From the NCBI GenBank assembly GCA_051418015.1, contig JBPRGF010000027.1:1-45888 (forward strand): a DNA stretch of 45,888 nucleotides, read 5' to 3'. A program made the position numbers and the translations under genes. The notes under the pieces are model-generated. The model was not told where the DNA came from. It ran no database searches and worked only from the letters and a program-made list of their open reading frames with translations. How positions within the stretch are numbered: the stretch's first letter is position 1; each line of letters opens with the position of its first letter. Source of the stretch: Candidatus Nitrospinota bacterium M3_3B_026 (GTDB taxonomy: Bacteria; Nitrospinota_A; UBA7883; JBPRGF01). Of this stretch, positions 17,705-27,193 are shown one piece after another.

Positions 17705-19651
17705 ATGTTCAGGCCAAGAACCGAGTCGGAGATATTCTTCAAACGGGCGCGCAGGAGGGTTTTCTTTTTTACCCTGCTGGTGTCGGCTGGGTTTCTCCTC
17801 GTGATCCTGCGCCTGTGGCACCTGCAGGTGGCGCAGTACGCCACGCTGTCCTACCGCGCCGAAAACAACCGGATACGCGAGGTCACCCTGGACGGGCTGC
17901 GGGGGAGGATTTTCGACCGTAACGGCCGCCTTCTTGTGGACAGCCGCCCGTCGTTCCAGTTGGCGCTCATCCCGGAGGACGTTGACGACACGCAAGATGT
18001 CCTCTCCTTCCTTGGCCGTGAGATCAACCTCGACGTGGAGCAGGCGCTTGCGAGAATCGAGACGTCAAAACCTTTCCAGCCCGTGGTGCTCAAGCGCGAC
18101 ATCAGCAGGAAGAGCGTGGCCTTCGTGGAGGAGAACAGGATCGACGCCCCGGGGGTCTACCTGAAAGTCAAGCCGATAAGGAACTACGTACACGGCGACA
18201 TGGCGTCGCATTTCTTCGGCTACCTGGGGGCCATAACGAGGCGGCAGCTGGAAAAGGCCCCGCCGCGCGCCTACTCCCGCGACGATTTCATCGGCCAGTA
18301 CGGGATCGAGAAAATATTCGAAAGCTCCCTGCGCGGGACAAAAGGCTTTAAGAGGGTGGAGGTGGACGCGGCGGGCAGGGAGCTTTCGCAGCTCGGCGTC
18401 ATACCCCCGAGAAGCGGGGCCGACCTGCGCATCACCCTTGACTTCGACGCCCAGGCCGCCGCCGAGGCGGCGTTCGAGGGGAAGATGGGGGCGGCCGTGG
18501 CCATCGACCCGGATACCGGAGACATGCTGGCCTTCGTCAGCAAACCGTCCTTCGACCCCAACGCCTTCGCCTCCGGCATAGGCCCGGAAAAGTGGAGCAA
18601 GCTCATCACCAGCCGGTTCCATCCCCTGCAAAACCGCGCGATTCAGGGACAGTATCCGCCAGGCTCCACGTTCAAGATAGTCGTCGCCGCGGCGGCGCTG
18701 GAGGAGGGGATCATAGACCGGAAGAGCCGGTATTTCTGCCCGGGCCATTTCCGCCTCGGAAGACGCGTCTATCGTTGCTGGAAGGAAGGGGGCCACGGCT
18801 GGATGAACGCCCACGACGCGCTCGTGCAGTCCTGCGACGTCTTCTTCTACAACGTGGGGCTCAAGCTGGGGATAGACACAATCGCGAAATACGCCAGGAT
18901 GTTCGGGTTTGGCCACAGGACGGGAATAGACCTGCTCGGCGAAAAATCCGGCCTGATCCCGACGCGCCGATGGAAGGAGAAAGCCCGGGGTGAGCCATGG
19001 ATACTCGGCGAAACGGTCTCCTGCTCCATCGGCCAGGGCTACGTTCTGGCCACGCCCGTACAACAGGCCAGGATGATAGCCGCGGTGGCCAACGGCGGCA
19101 GGCTGATCACTCCCAGGATAGCCCTGAGGACAAAAGGCGGGGACGCCGCCCAAGGAAACGTCGATAGGGCCGGCGTCTCCCCGGAGACTCTCGGGTTGAT
19201 CCGCCGGGCCCTGCTCGGCGTCGTATACGAGCAGGGCGGCACGGCGTGGAGGATAAAGAAGGGGGCTTACGTGTACGCCGGCAAGACCGGCACCTCCCAG
19301 GTGGTGAGGATGAAACACGACGAGGAAAAGAAAGAGCTGGAGGAGATCAAGCTGAAGTTCAGGGACCACGGCTGGTTCGTCGCCTTCGCACCCTATGACG
19401 ACCCGAAGATAGCCGTGGCGGTCATAGCCGAGCACGCCGGCCACGGCGGCGAGGCGGCGGCGCCGATAGCCAGGGCCATCATGGACGCATACCTTTCAAA
19501 GATCGGCGCTGAAAAAAAAGACGGCTATCCCGTGGCGATGAAAAAGCTGAGGCGAGGTCCTGTACCGCCAGGGGAAGAGGCAGCGAAGCGGCCCGGCGAT
19601 CCTGGCCGGGAACGGGCAGAAAACGAGGCGGAGCGCGGCCATGACGGGTGA
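17705..19651 (+). CDS. mrdA: Penicillin-binding protein 2
   Basis: N-terminal TM, RGRIFDRNG, PGSTFK (SxxK), SCD, KTGT; followed by rodA. Confidence 0.95.
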   Translation: MFRPRTESEIFFKRARRRVFFFTLLVSAGFLLVILRLWHLQVAQYATLSYRAENNRIREVTLDGLRGRIFDRNGRLLVDSRPSFQLALIPEDVDDTQDVLSFLGREINLDVEQALARIETSKPFQPVVLKRDISRKSVAFVEENRIDAPGVYLKVKPIRNYVHGDMASHFFGYLGAITRRQLEKAPPRAYSRDDFIGQYGIEKIFESSLRGTKGFKRVEVDAAGRELSQLGVIPPRSGADLRITLDFDAQAAAEAAFEGKMGAAVAIDPDTGDMLAFVSKPSFDPNAFASGIGPEKWSKLITSRFHPLQNRAIQGQYPPGSTFKIVVAAAALEEGIIDRKSRYFCPGHFRLGRRVYRCWKEGGHGWMNAHDALVQSCDVFFYNVGLKLGIDTIAKYARMFGFGHRTGIDLLGEKSGLIPTRRWKEKARGEPWILGETVSCSIGQGYVLATPVQQARMIAAVANGGRLITPRIALRTKGGDAAQGNVDRAGVSPETLGLIRRALLGVVYEQGGTAWRIKKGAYVYAGKTGTSQVVRMKHDEEKKELEEIKLKFRDHGWFVAFAPYDDPKIAVAVIAEHAGHGGEAAAPIARAIMDAYLSKIGAEKKDGYPVAMKKLRRGPVPPGEEAAKRPGDPGRERAENEAERGHDG

Positions 19652-20753
19652 GTATCTGGAGCGCAGGAGGTGGCGGGATTTCGATTTCGCCCTGCTCGGC
19701 GTGACCGTTCTCCTGCTCGCGGCCGGCGTCGCCGCCGTCTACAGCGCCAACCTGCAGAGCGACTCGGCGTTCCTGAAAAACCTTTACGCAAGGCAGCTTT
19801 ACTGGATCGCCTTCTGTCTGATCGCGGTCGTCCCCGTCCTGCTGCTGGACTACCACTCCATCGAGCGAATGGCCTATCCCCTCTATTTCACTGGGCTCGG
19901 GCTGCTTATCATGGTGGAGATCATCGGCCGCGAGGGAGGAGGCGCGCAACGCTGGCTTTCGTTCGGCGGCTTCAACGTCCAGCCGTCGGAGATAATGAAA
20001 ATCCTGGTGATAATACTGCTCGCCCGGATACTGGATGAAAGGGACGACACCAGTGACATGGGCCTGAAAGACCTCGTGAAACCGGCCCTGGTCGCGGCTG
20101 TCCCCTTTGTCATGGTGGCCAAACAGCCCGACCTCGGCACGGCCACCGTTTACCTGGCCATCTTCGCCGGAATGGCGCTCATGACCGGCGTCGAGAGACG
20201 CGCCCTGGGATATATCACCGCCAGCGCGGCGCTGATCCTGCCGGTGTCGTGGCTCATGCTCAAGCCGTATCAGAAAAACAGGATACTGACGCTCCTGAAC
20301 CCAGAGGCCGACCCCATGGGCCAGGGCTACCACATAATACAGTCCAAGATCGCGGTGGGTTCCGGCGGCCTGTGGGGCAAGGGGATATTCGAGGGGACGC
20401 AAAGCAAGCTCAACTTCCTGCCGGAAAAACACACCGACTTCATTTTCTCCGTCGTGGCCGAGGAGGTGGGGCTGATCGGATCGCTGATCCTGATAGCGCT
20501 TTTCTACTTTCTCATCCTGAGGATACTGGACGTCTCCATCAACGCCAGGGACAAGTTCGGCTCGCTAGCGGCGGTGGGCGTCGGCGTCATGATGAGCTTC
20601 AATTTCCTGTACAACATCGGCATGACCCTGGGCCTGTTCCCCATAGTGGGGATCCCCCTGCCCTTCATATCCTACGGCGGTTCATCGCTTCTCACAAACC
20701 TCGTCGGCGTGGGGCTGGTCCTGAACGTCTCGTTGAGAAGGTTTCGGAATTGA
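19641..20753 (+). CDS. rodA: Rod shape-determining protein RodA (SEDS)
   Basis: GAQRW, QPSE..K, QPDLGT, GYHIIQS.IAVGSGG, LPEKHTDFIF, LPFISYGGSS. Confidence 0.96.
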   Translation: MTGEYLERRRWRDFDFALLGVTVLLLAAGVAAVYSANLQSDSAFLKNLYARQLYWIAFCLIAVVPVLLLDYHSIERMAYPLYFTGLGLLIMVEIIGREGGGAQRWLSFGGFNVQPSEIMKILVIILLARILDERDDTSDMGLKDLVKPALVAAVPFVMVAKQPDLGTATVYLAIFAGMALMTGVERRALGYITASAALILPVSWLMLKPYQKNRILTLLNPEADPMGQGYHIIQSKIAVGSGGLWGKGIFEGTQSKLNFLPEKHTDFIFSVVAEEVGLIGSLILIALFYFLILRILDVSINARDKFGSLAAVGVGVMMSFNFLYNIGMTLGLFPIVGIPLPFISYGGSSLLTNLVGVGLVLNVSLRRFRN

Positions 20754-23284
20754 GCTCGATCCCCACGGAAAAACTCGACAGGATACTGAACAGGGTCAGA
20801 GCCCCGTCCCGCTACCTGGGGCTTGAGCCGAACGCCGTCCGCAAAGACCGCGGGAAAACCTCGGGCTCCATGGCGCTCGTCTTCCCGGACCTCTACGACA
20901 TCGGCATGTCCCACCTGGGGCTCAAGATTCTCTACCACGTGATAAACTCCGAGCCGGACCTTTTCGCCGAGCGCGCCTTCGCCCCGCAAGAGGACATGGC
21001 CGCCGCCCTTGAGGCGGAGGGGCTGCCCCTCTTCTCGCTGGAGACGAAAAAACCGCTGTCCGAGTTCGACGTCGTGGGGTTCACCATCCCCTACGAACTG
21101 TCCTACACAACCATCTTGTGGATGCTGGACCTGGCCGGAATCCCCCTGAAAGCGGCCCAGCGCGGCCCCGGCGATCCGCTGGTCGTAGGCGGCGGCGCGG
21201 GAGTCTACAACCCCGAACCGGTGGCGGAGTTTTTCGACCTTTTTTTCCTGGGCGACGGCGAGCGGGCCGCGCCGCGGATACTGCGCCAGGCGGCGGCCAT
21301 GAAGGACGCGCCGCGCGAAGAGGTTCTCAAAAAACTTGCCGGGACGCCTGGCGTATACGTCCCCTCGCTTTTCGGCGTGTCATACGAACCTACGGGGGAG
21401 ATAGAGAGGATAACACCGCTGCTCGAAGGTTACGAAAAGGCCGAGCGGGTCTTTCTGCCCACCCTGTCCGAGTCCCCCTATCCCACGGAGCTCGTCCTCC
21501 CCTTCGGCCAGCCCGTCCAGGACAGGCTGAACGTGGAGATAGACCGCGGCTGCACGCAGGGCTGCCGCTTCTGCCAGGCGGGAACGACATACAGACCCGT
21601 CCGCGAGCGGAGGCCGGACGAGGTGATGGGAATAATGGACGATGCCCTCGCGCGGACGGGCTACGACGCGATATCGGTAACGTCGTTGAGCGCGGGGGAC
21701 TACTCCCACATAGACGGCCTGCTGAAGTCGCTCATGGACAGGTACGCCAAAGAGAGGATATCCGTCTCCATGCCCTCGCTGCGCTCGGCGACGGTGACGG
21801 AGGGGATAATCCACGAGGTGGGCAGGGTCAGGAAAACGGGGTTCACGATCACCGCCGAGGCGGGAAGCCAAAGGCTCCGAAACGTCATCAACAAGAAAGT
21901 GGACGATGAGGACATCCTCCGCGTGGCCTCGAGGCTGCTGGCCTCCGGGTGGCGGTCGCTGAAGCTTTATTTCATGATCGGCCTGCCCACGGAGACCTTC
22001 GAGGACATCGACGCCATATACCACCTCCTGGCAAAGCTGGCCTCCCTCAAGGAGGGATCGAACAAGTTCCAGAACATCTCCATCAGCGTGTCGAACTTCG
22101 TCCCCAAGGCGCACACCGCGTTCCAGTGGTTCGGCCAGAACACCATGGAGGAACTGGCCGCAAAGAAAGAGCGCATCTTCTCTCTCATCAAAAGGAACAG
22201 GCGGCTCAGGCTCAAGAGCGGCGACACGCGCATGAGCCACCTGGAAGCCGCCTTCAGCAGGGGCGACAGGAGGCTCGCCCGCGTCGTCGAGACGGCGTAC
22301 AACATGGGGCGCAGGCTCGACTCGTGGACGGAGCGGTTCGACTTCGGCTCGTGGATGAAGGCTTTCGAGGCCAACGGGCTGGATTCGGCCTTCTACGCGA
22401 ACAGGAGCCTGGACACGTCCGGGACGCTCCCCTGGGACCACATCGACACCGGCCTGTCCAAAAAATATTTCATCCGTGAATGGAAAAACGCCCTGAAGGG
22501 AGAAGAGACTGAAGACTGCAAAACCGGCGAATGCCTGGGGTGCGGCCTGAACCCTTCGGTCTGTTTCGATGAGTACGGCTGGGCGCCGCCGGAGCGCGGC
22601 CTGAAAAAACCGGAGCCCGCCCCCGGCGAAGGCGCAAGGCGCGATGAAAAAATCCGGTACCGCCTCGCCTGGCGCAAGACGGGTCTGCTGAGATTCCTCT
22701 CGCACCTGGAGACAAAATCCGTCCTCACCCGCGCCCTTCGGGCCGCCGGGGCGCCCTTCAGCTACTCCAGGGGCTATTCGCCCCACCCCAGGATATCCTG
22801 GGGTCACGCGCTTCCCGTGGGGGTGGAGAGCCGCGAAGAGTTTCTGGACCTGGAGCTTGAGAAGGAACTCGACACGGACGATTTCATAAAATCCGTCAAC
22901 AGGCGGCTGCCGGAGGGGCTCCATATCGCGCGCGCCGAGAGGCTATCCGCCGGGGACGGGTCCGCCTCGGCGGCCGTGGCCGGATTCCGCTACAGGATCG
23001 TCCTGGAAGGCGCGACGCCGGAAAAGATACGCGAGGCGGTGGAAAAGTTCAACGCCGCCGAGAGCGTCATGGCGCAAAGAGACACCGGGAAGAGAAGAAC
23101 GGTGGACCTGAAAGCGTTCGTGAGCGCCGTGGAGATAAAGGACGGGAGCGTCCTGGAGTTCGACACGCGGATGACCCCGAACGGAGCCGCGAGACCCTCC
23201 GACCTGCCCGCGGCCCTCTTCCCGGAAGGGCAGGCGCGCCCCGTCCGCGTCGTGAAGCTGCTCAACATCATGAAGGACGGCTGA
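20750..23284 (+). CDS. TIGR03960-type radical SAM protein fused to a TIGR03936/DUF2344 domain
   Basis: PSRYLGLE.N, FPDLYDIGMSHLG, RGCTQGCRFCQAG, EAGSQRLR, YFMIGLP, LPWDHID; C-terminal RFLSHL...YSRGYSPHP. TTG start overlaps the rodA stop. Confidence 0.9.
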   Translation: MSSIPTEKLDRILNRVRAPSRYLGLEPNAVRKDRGKTSGSMALVFPDLYDIGMSHLGLKILYHVINSEPDLFAERAFAPQEDMAAALEAEGLPLFSLETKKPLSEFDVVGFTIPYELSYTTILWMLDLAGIPLKAAQRGPGDPLVVGGGAGVYNPEPVAEFFDLFFLGDGERAAPRILRQAAAMKDAPREEVLKKLAGTPGVYVPSLFGVSYEPTGEIERITPLLEGYEKAERVFLPTLSESPYPTELVLPFGQPVQDRLNVEIDRGCTQGCRFCQAGTTYRPVRERRPDEVMGIMDDALARTGYDAISVTSLSAGDYSHIDGLLKSLMDRYAKERISVSMPSLRSATVTEGIIHEVGRVRKTGFTITAEAGSQRLRNVINKKVDDEDILRVASRLLASGWRSLKLYFMIGLPTETFEDIDAIYHLLAKLASLKEGSNKFQNISISVSNFVPKAHTAFQWFGQNTMEELAAKKERIFSLIKRNRRLRLKSGDTRMSHLEAAFSRGDRRLARVVETAYNMGRRLDSWTERFDFGSWMKAFEANGLDSAFYANRSLDTSGTLPWDHIDTGLSKKYFIREWKNALKGEETEDCKTGECLGCGLNPSVCFDEYGWAPPERGLKKPEPAPGEGARRDEKIRYRLAWRKTGLLRFLSHLETKSVLTRALRAAGAPFSYSRGYSPHPRISWGHALPVGVESREEFLDLELEKELDTDDFIKSVNRRLPEGLHIARAERLSAGDGSASAAVAGFRYRIVLEGATPEKIREAVEKFNAAESVMAQRDTGKRRTVDLKAFVSAVEIKDGSVLEFDTRMTPNGAARPSDLPAALFPEGQARPVRVVKLLNIMKDG

Positions 23285-23418
23285 CGCCCCCGAAACCCCC
23301 GCCTCCGGCCACAGGCCCCTTTTCCCGCGAACAATAAGTATTGTGGTTTCATATTATAGTGGTAGAATATTCGCGATCTTCGCGCGGCGGCAATATTCAT
23401 ACAAATGAGGAGCGTTGC

Positions 23419-24453
23419 ATGAAATCCGGCCCAGGAAAATCCTTCGTCCCGCAGGGAAAAATCAGGGAGGTCATAGACTTCGTGGAGAGCGTCCCGCTTC
23501 CGGCGGCGGCTTTGTCCGGTTCCGGCGAGATAATCCACGCCAACCGGAAGATAAGCCCACCCTTCCCGGGAAGCGAGACGGAGAGCGGACTGGCGGATTT
23601 CAGCTTCGGCGCGGCGGAAAGGTCTTCTGGACAACGCCTGCTGGCCGCCGTGAGGATGCCCTACTATCCCTACCCCATGGTCCTGCTTTACTCAGACGAG
23701 CGGGGCGGCGCGAGGGCCTACAACGAGGAGGTGGTGGCCGGTCTTCTGCGGCTCGCCTCCCCCGGAGGCCGGGCCGCCACAGCCGCGGAGCCCGGCGGCG
23801 ACCTTCTCCCTGTCAGGCTCCGGGAAGCTGCGGAGTCCGTCCTTGGCTCGCCGGAGCTTTCCGGAGCGGCGGTGGAGAACAGGGTGTCCGATGAAGGCGC
23901 CCTGTCGGCCGCCAGTCCCCTGGTGGTGAAGAGGATGATCCTGCGGACGCTGAGGGAGCTTTGGCGGCTAGGCCCGCGCGGCTCCATCGTCGTCTGCGAC
24001 AAAGCGCTGGCGGAGCCCGGCGCCGGGAAAACGGCGCGCGTCCTGTCCTTGCAGGCCGACGTTCGGCGTTGCCGGGGCAAAAGCGGCGCCAGCGAGATAA
24101 CGGCAATGGGTCTCAGGCTGAAGATTTTTCACCACAACCTCATGACCGCCGTGGGCCTTGGCCTTAATCTTCCCGTCATCCTGCGCGACGGCGACTCCGT
24201 GGAGGTTCAGCTCTCCTTCCCGGACAGGATGGAGAGCGCGTCCACGACAGGGGAAAAAAACCAACCAGAGGGCGAAACCCTGTCCGCCCGGGAGCGCGAG
24301 ATCGTGGAAATGGTCCGCGCGGGGTTCGACAACGCCGCCATATCGGAGCGTCTCGGCATCTCCACCGCCACGGTCAAGCAGCACCTGAAAGCCGTCTACC
24401 GCAAGACCGGAGTCAAAAGCAGGGTGGAGCTGATATTCAAGCTCACCAATTAA
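23419..24453 (+). CDS. LuxR-family HTH regulator with an atypical N-terminal region
   Basis: GAGGAG SD before ATG 23419; C-terminal LSAREREIV...GFDNAAISERLGISTATVKQHLKAVYRKTGVKSRVEL. Confidence 0.85.
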   Translation: MKSGPGKSFVPQGKIREVIDFVESVPLPAAALSGSGEIIHANRKISPPFPGSETESGLADFSFGAAERSSGQRLLAAVRMPYYPYPMVLLYSDERGGARAYNEEVVAGLLRLASPGGRAATAAEPGGDLLPVRLREAAESVLGSPELSGAAVENRVSDEGALSAASPLVVKRMILRTLRELWRLGPRGSIVVCDKALAEPGAGKTARVLSLQADVRRCRGKSGASEITAMGLRLKIFHHNLMTAVGLGLNLPVILRDGDSVEVQLSFPDRMESASTTGEKNQPEGETLSAREREIVEMVRAGFDNAAISERLGISTATVKQHLKAVYRKTGVKSRVELIFKLTN

Positions 24454-24515
24454 CCGGCGGCGGGTTCGTTTAAGAATATAGGGTGAGGTTGTTTCCCTGG
24501 CCCGGTTTGTCATAT

Positions 24516-24648
24516 TGTCATCCTGAGCCCCTTCGGCTCGCGCTCAGGGCAGGCTCCGGCGAGGAATCTCGTTGTTTCGTCCGGCGCGAGATGCTTCGCG
24601 TTGCTCAGCATGACACCGTGGGAAGACTGAAACAAGTTCAGCATGACA
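24516..24648. repeat. Composite REP-like palindromic element
   Basis: tgtcatcctgagc (24516) ... gctcagcatgaca (24603-24615) inverted arms, with an extra gttcagcatgaca at 24636-24648. Confidence 0.8.
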
Positions 24649-24686
24649 AGGGTATCCCCTCCCGTCCGGCGATCCTGTATTGACTC

Positions 24687-24696
24687 TGGTATAATT
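24687..24696 (+). promoter_or_regulatory. Extended -10 promoter element upstream of the TPP riboswitch
   Basis: TGGTATAAT (TGnTATAAT) about 25 nt before the aptamer. Confidence 0.55.
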
Positions 24697-24715
24697 TGGG
24701 ATATCGTGGAAGATG

Positions 24716-24803
24716 CAGGCAGGGGCGCTGGCGCCTTCGCAAAGAGCGCCGGCTGAGAAGCACCCTCAGAACCTGATCCGGGTAATGCCGGCGAAGGGAG
24801 TTT
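24716..24803 (+). ncRNA. TPP riboswitch (THI-box)
   Basis: GGGG...GCTGAGAAGCACCC..GAACCTGATCCGGGTAATGCCGGCGAAGGGAG consensus, directly upstream of thiC. Confidence 0.95.
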
Positions 24804-24892
24804 TCGGCCTGGCGAGAGCCTTCCGGAAAAACCCTTCCCGCCATCCCGGCTCGAACAAAGGCTGGAGACGCCAGAGCATAAGGACAAAGGTC

Positions 24893-26188
24893 ATGACCAC
24901 ACAGCTTGAAGCCGCCAGGGCGGGGAAGATAACCGAGGCCATGGAGACCCTGGCGAAAAAAGAGAACGTCGCGCCCGAGGTCATCCGTGACGGCGCGTTG
25001 GACGGCTCCATCGTCATAACGAAGAACAAACTCCGCCCCATCGACGGCCTGGCCATAGGCGCGGGGCTGCGGACGAAGGTCAACGCCAACATAGGCTCCT
25101 CCGGCGACGACGCGGACATGGAAAACGAGCTCGAAAAAGCCCGCGCCGCCATCGCCGCCGGGGCGGACGCCGTGATGGACCTCTCCACCGGCGGCGACAT
25201 AAAGGCCATCAGGAAGGCCGTTATCGCCGAATGCCCCGCCCCCCTGGGAACGGTGCCGCTATACCAGGTGGCCGCGGAGAATTTCAAGGCCGGGGGCCAT
25301 CTGCTGGACATGACGGCCGAAGATATCTTCGAGGCCATAGAGGACCACGGCCGCGACGGGGTGGATTTCATCACCGTCCATTGCGGCGTCACGATGGCCT
25401 CCGTACAAAGGCTCAAAGACGAAGGAAGGCTCCTTGATATAGTCAGCCGGGGCGGGTCCCTGCACGCCAAGTGGATGGAGTATCACGGCGCGGAGAACCC
25501 CCTTTACGAGGATTTCGACAGGCTCGTCGAGATCGCCCGCGAGTATGACATGACCTTGAGCCTCGGCGACGGGATGCGCCCCGGCGCCCTGGCGGACGCG
25601 ACGGACAGGGCGCAGGTGGAAGAGACGATCATCCTGGGCGAGCTGGCCGCCCGCGCCCGCAAGGCGGGCGCTCAGGTGATGATCGAGGGGCCGGGGCACA
25701 TGCCCATGGACCAGATCGAGGCGAACATGAAGCTTCAGAAAAGGCTTTGCGGAGGCGCGCCCTTCTACGTCCTCGGCCCGCTGGTCACAGACGTCGCGCC
25801 GGGCTACGACCATATAACCTCCGCCATAGGAGGCGCCATCGCCGCCGCTTCCGGGGCGGATTTTCTGTGTTATGTCACCCCCGCCGAGCACCTGCGCCTG
25901 CCCACATCGGAAGATGTGAAAGAGGGCGTGATCGCCGCCAGGATCGCCGCCCACGCGGCGGACATCGCCAAAGGGGTCAAGGGCGCGAGGGAGTGGGACG
26001 ACAACATGGCCCGCGCCCGGAAAGCGCTCGACTGGAAAACGCAGATAGAGCTTTCCATCGACCCGGAGCGGGCGGCCAAACGAAGGGCCGAGACTGCGCC
26101 GGAGGACGATGAGGTCTGCACCATGTGCGCGGCGCTCTGCTCGATCAAGACGGGAAAGACGGAGTTCACGCCCGCCTCGGCCAAGTAG
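24893..26188 (+). CDS. thiC: Phosphomethylpyrimidine synthase ThiC (short ~430-aa form)
   Basis: MTTQLEAARAG, TKVNANIG, MDLSTG, GTVP.YQ, DF.TVHCG, SRGGS, SLGDG.RPG, EGPGH, YDHI, C-terminal CTMC..LC; TPP riboswitch upstream. Confidence 0.95.
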   Translation: MTTQLEAARAGKITEAMETLAKKENVAPEVIRDGALDGSIVITKNKLRPIDGLAIGAGLRTKVNANIGSSGDDADMENELEKARAAIAAGADAVMDLSTGGDIKAIRKAVIAECPAPLGTVPLYQVAAENFKAGGHLLDMTAEDIFEAIEDHGRDGVDFITVHCGVTMASVQRLKDEGRLLDIVSRGGSLHAKWMEYHGAENPLYEDFDRLVEIAREYDMTLSLGDGMRPGALADATDRAQVEETIILGELAARARKAGAQVMIEGPGHMPMDQIEANMKLQKRLCGGAPFYVLGPLVTDVAPGYDHITSAIGGAIAAASGADFLCYVTPAEHLRLPTSEDVKEGVIAARIAAHAADIAKGVKGAREWDDNMARARKALDWKTQIELSIDPERAAKRRAETAPEDDEVCTMCAALCSIKTGKTEFTPASAK

Positions 26189-26208
26189 GGATCGCGGGGC
26201 GGAGCATC

Positions 26209-26362
26209 GTCGTCCTGAGCGGCGTGAGGGACTTTGTTCGATCTTGCCAAAGGCGGACTGGATTCTTCGCCTTCGGCTCAGAATGACAACTCCTCATCAA
26301 TGTCATGCTGAGCGCCAGCGAGGCATCCCATACGGTCTGGCAAAGAACAGCGGGATTCTTCG
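26209..26362. repeat. Tandem REP-like palindromic elements
   Basis: gtcgtcctgagc...ggattcttcgccttcggctcagaatgaca (26209-26288), then tgtcatgctgagcgccagcgaggcatccc...gggattcttcg (26301-26362). Confidence 0.85.
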
Positions 26363-26378
26363 GGGACTAGAACAAAAA

Positions 26379-27107
26379 TTGAGACACTTTCTGGCCGAGC
26401 CGGAGGACGTCAGTGGAGACAGGATCACCATCCACGGCGCCGACGCCAATCACATAAGGCGCGTCCTACGTATGAAACCGGGGGATAAAATTGAAATCTC
26501 CGCGGGAGCCGTGGGCCGCTACGCCTGCGCGATAGAGAGCTTTGGGCGGGGAACGGTGACCGCCAGAATACTGGAAAAACGCGAGGTCCCGGACACCCGC
26601 CTGCCCGCCATAACCCTCGCCCAGGCCGTCCCGAAGGGGCGCAAGATGGACGATATCGTCCGCATGGCCTGCGAGCTGGGGGTGGAGCGGATAGTCCCCG
26701 TCACCTCCGAGCGGCGCGTGGCCCGCCCGGACGAGGCGGCGATGGAGCGCAGGCTTGAAAGATGGCGCAAGATCGCGAAAGCCGCCGCGAAACAATCCCG
26801 CGCTCTCGCTCCCTGCGAAATAGCCCCCCCGGCGGATCCCGGCGAGCTGGCCGCCCGCTATCCCGCGAACATCATGATAGTCCTGTGGGAGGAAGAGACG
26901 GCAACGCTGAAATCCGTCCTGAAAGAGCATGAAGAGCCGGGGTCGATACTCGTCCTGACAGGCCCGGAGGGGGGGCTGGACAAAAGGGAGGTTGAACGGC
27001 TCAAGGAACAGGGGTTCGCCACGGCCTCGCTTGGGCCTAAAATATTGCGGACGGAGACGGCGGGAGTGGCCGCCGTGAGCGCTATCCTGTATCATTACAG
27101 CCCATGA
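26379..27107 (+). CDS. rsmE: 16S rRNA m3U1498 methyltransferase
   Basis: HIRRVLRMKPG, PKG.KMD.I...A.ELGV..I.P..SER, GPEGG, LGPKILRTETA. Start placed at TTG 26379. Confidence 0.93.
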   Translation: MRHFLAEPEDVSGDRITIHGADANHIRRVLRMKPGDKIEISAGAVGRYACAIESFGRGTVTARILEKREVPDTRLPAITLAQAVPKGRKMDDIVRMACELGVERIVPVTSERRVARPDEAAMERRLERWRKIAKAAAKQSRALAPCEIAPPADPGELAARYPANIMIVLWEEETATLKSVLKEHEEPGSILVLTGPEGGLDKREVERLKEQGFATASLGPKILRTETAGVAAVSAILYHYSP

Positions 27108-27158
27108 TGACGCGGCCGCGGAGAAAGGGGAAAACGCGCCGGCCATGGCCCGTTTAAC

Positions 27159-27187
27159 TTACCGGCCGCGCGGGGCGGACTTATATT
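27159..27187 (+). promoter_or_regulatory. Putative sigma70 promoter of the structured RNA candidate
   Basis: TTACCG-N17-TATATT; the predicted +1 falls on G27194. Confidence 0.45.
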
Positions 27188-27193
27188 AGATAT

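Noticed and set aside
20249..20749. N-terminal 167 codons of the 1011-aa ORF
   Set aside because: Out-of-frame overlap with rodA; recognisable homology starts at TTG 20750.
24713..24892. N-terminal extension of ThiC (and similarly 26109-26378 for RsmE)
   Set aside because: These are open frames running through the TPP riboswitch and the REP-like repeats.
24893..26188. BzaA/B/F (ThiC paralogue for the B12 lower ligand)
   Set aside because: The upstream TPP riboswitch and the absence of cobalamin genes favour true ThiC.
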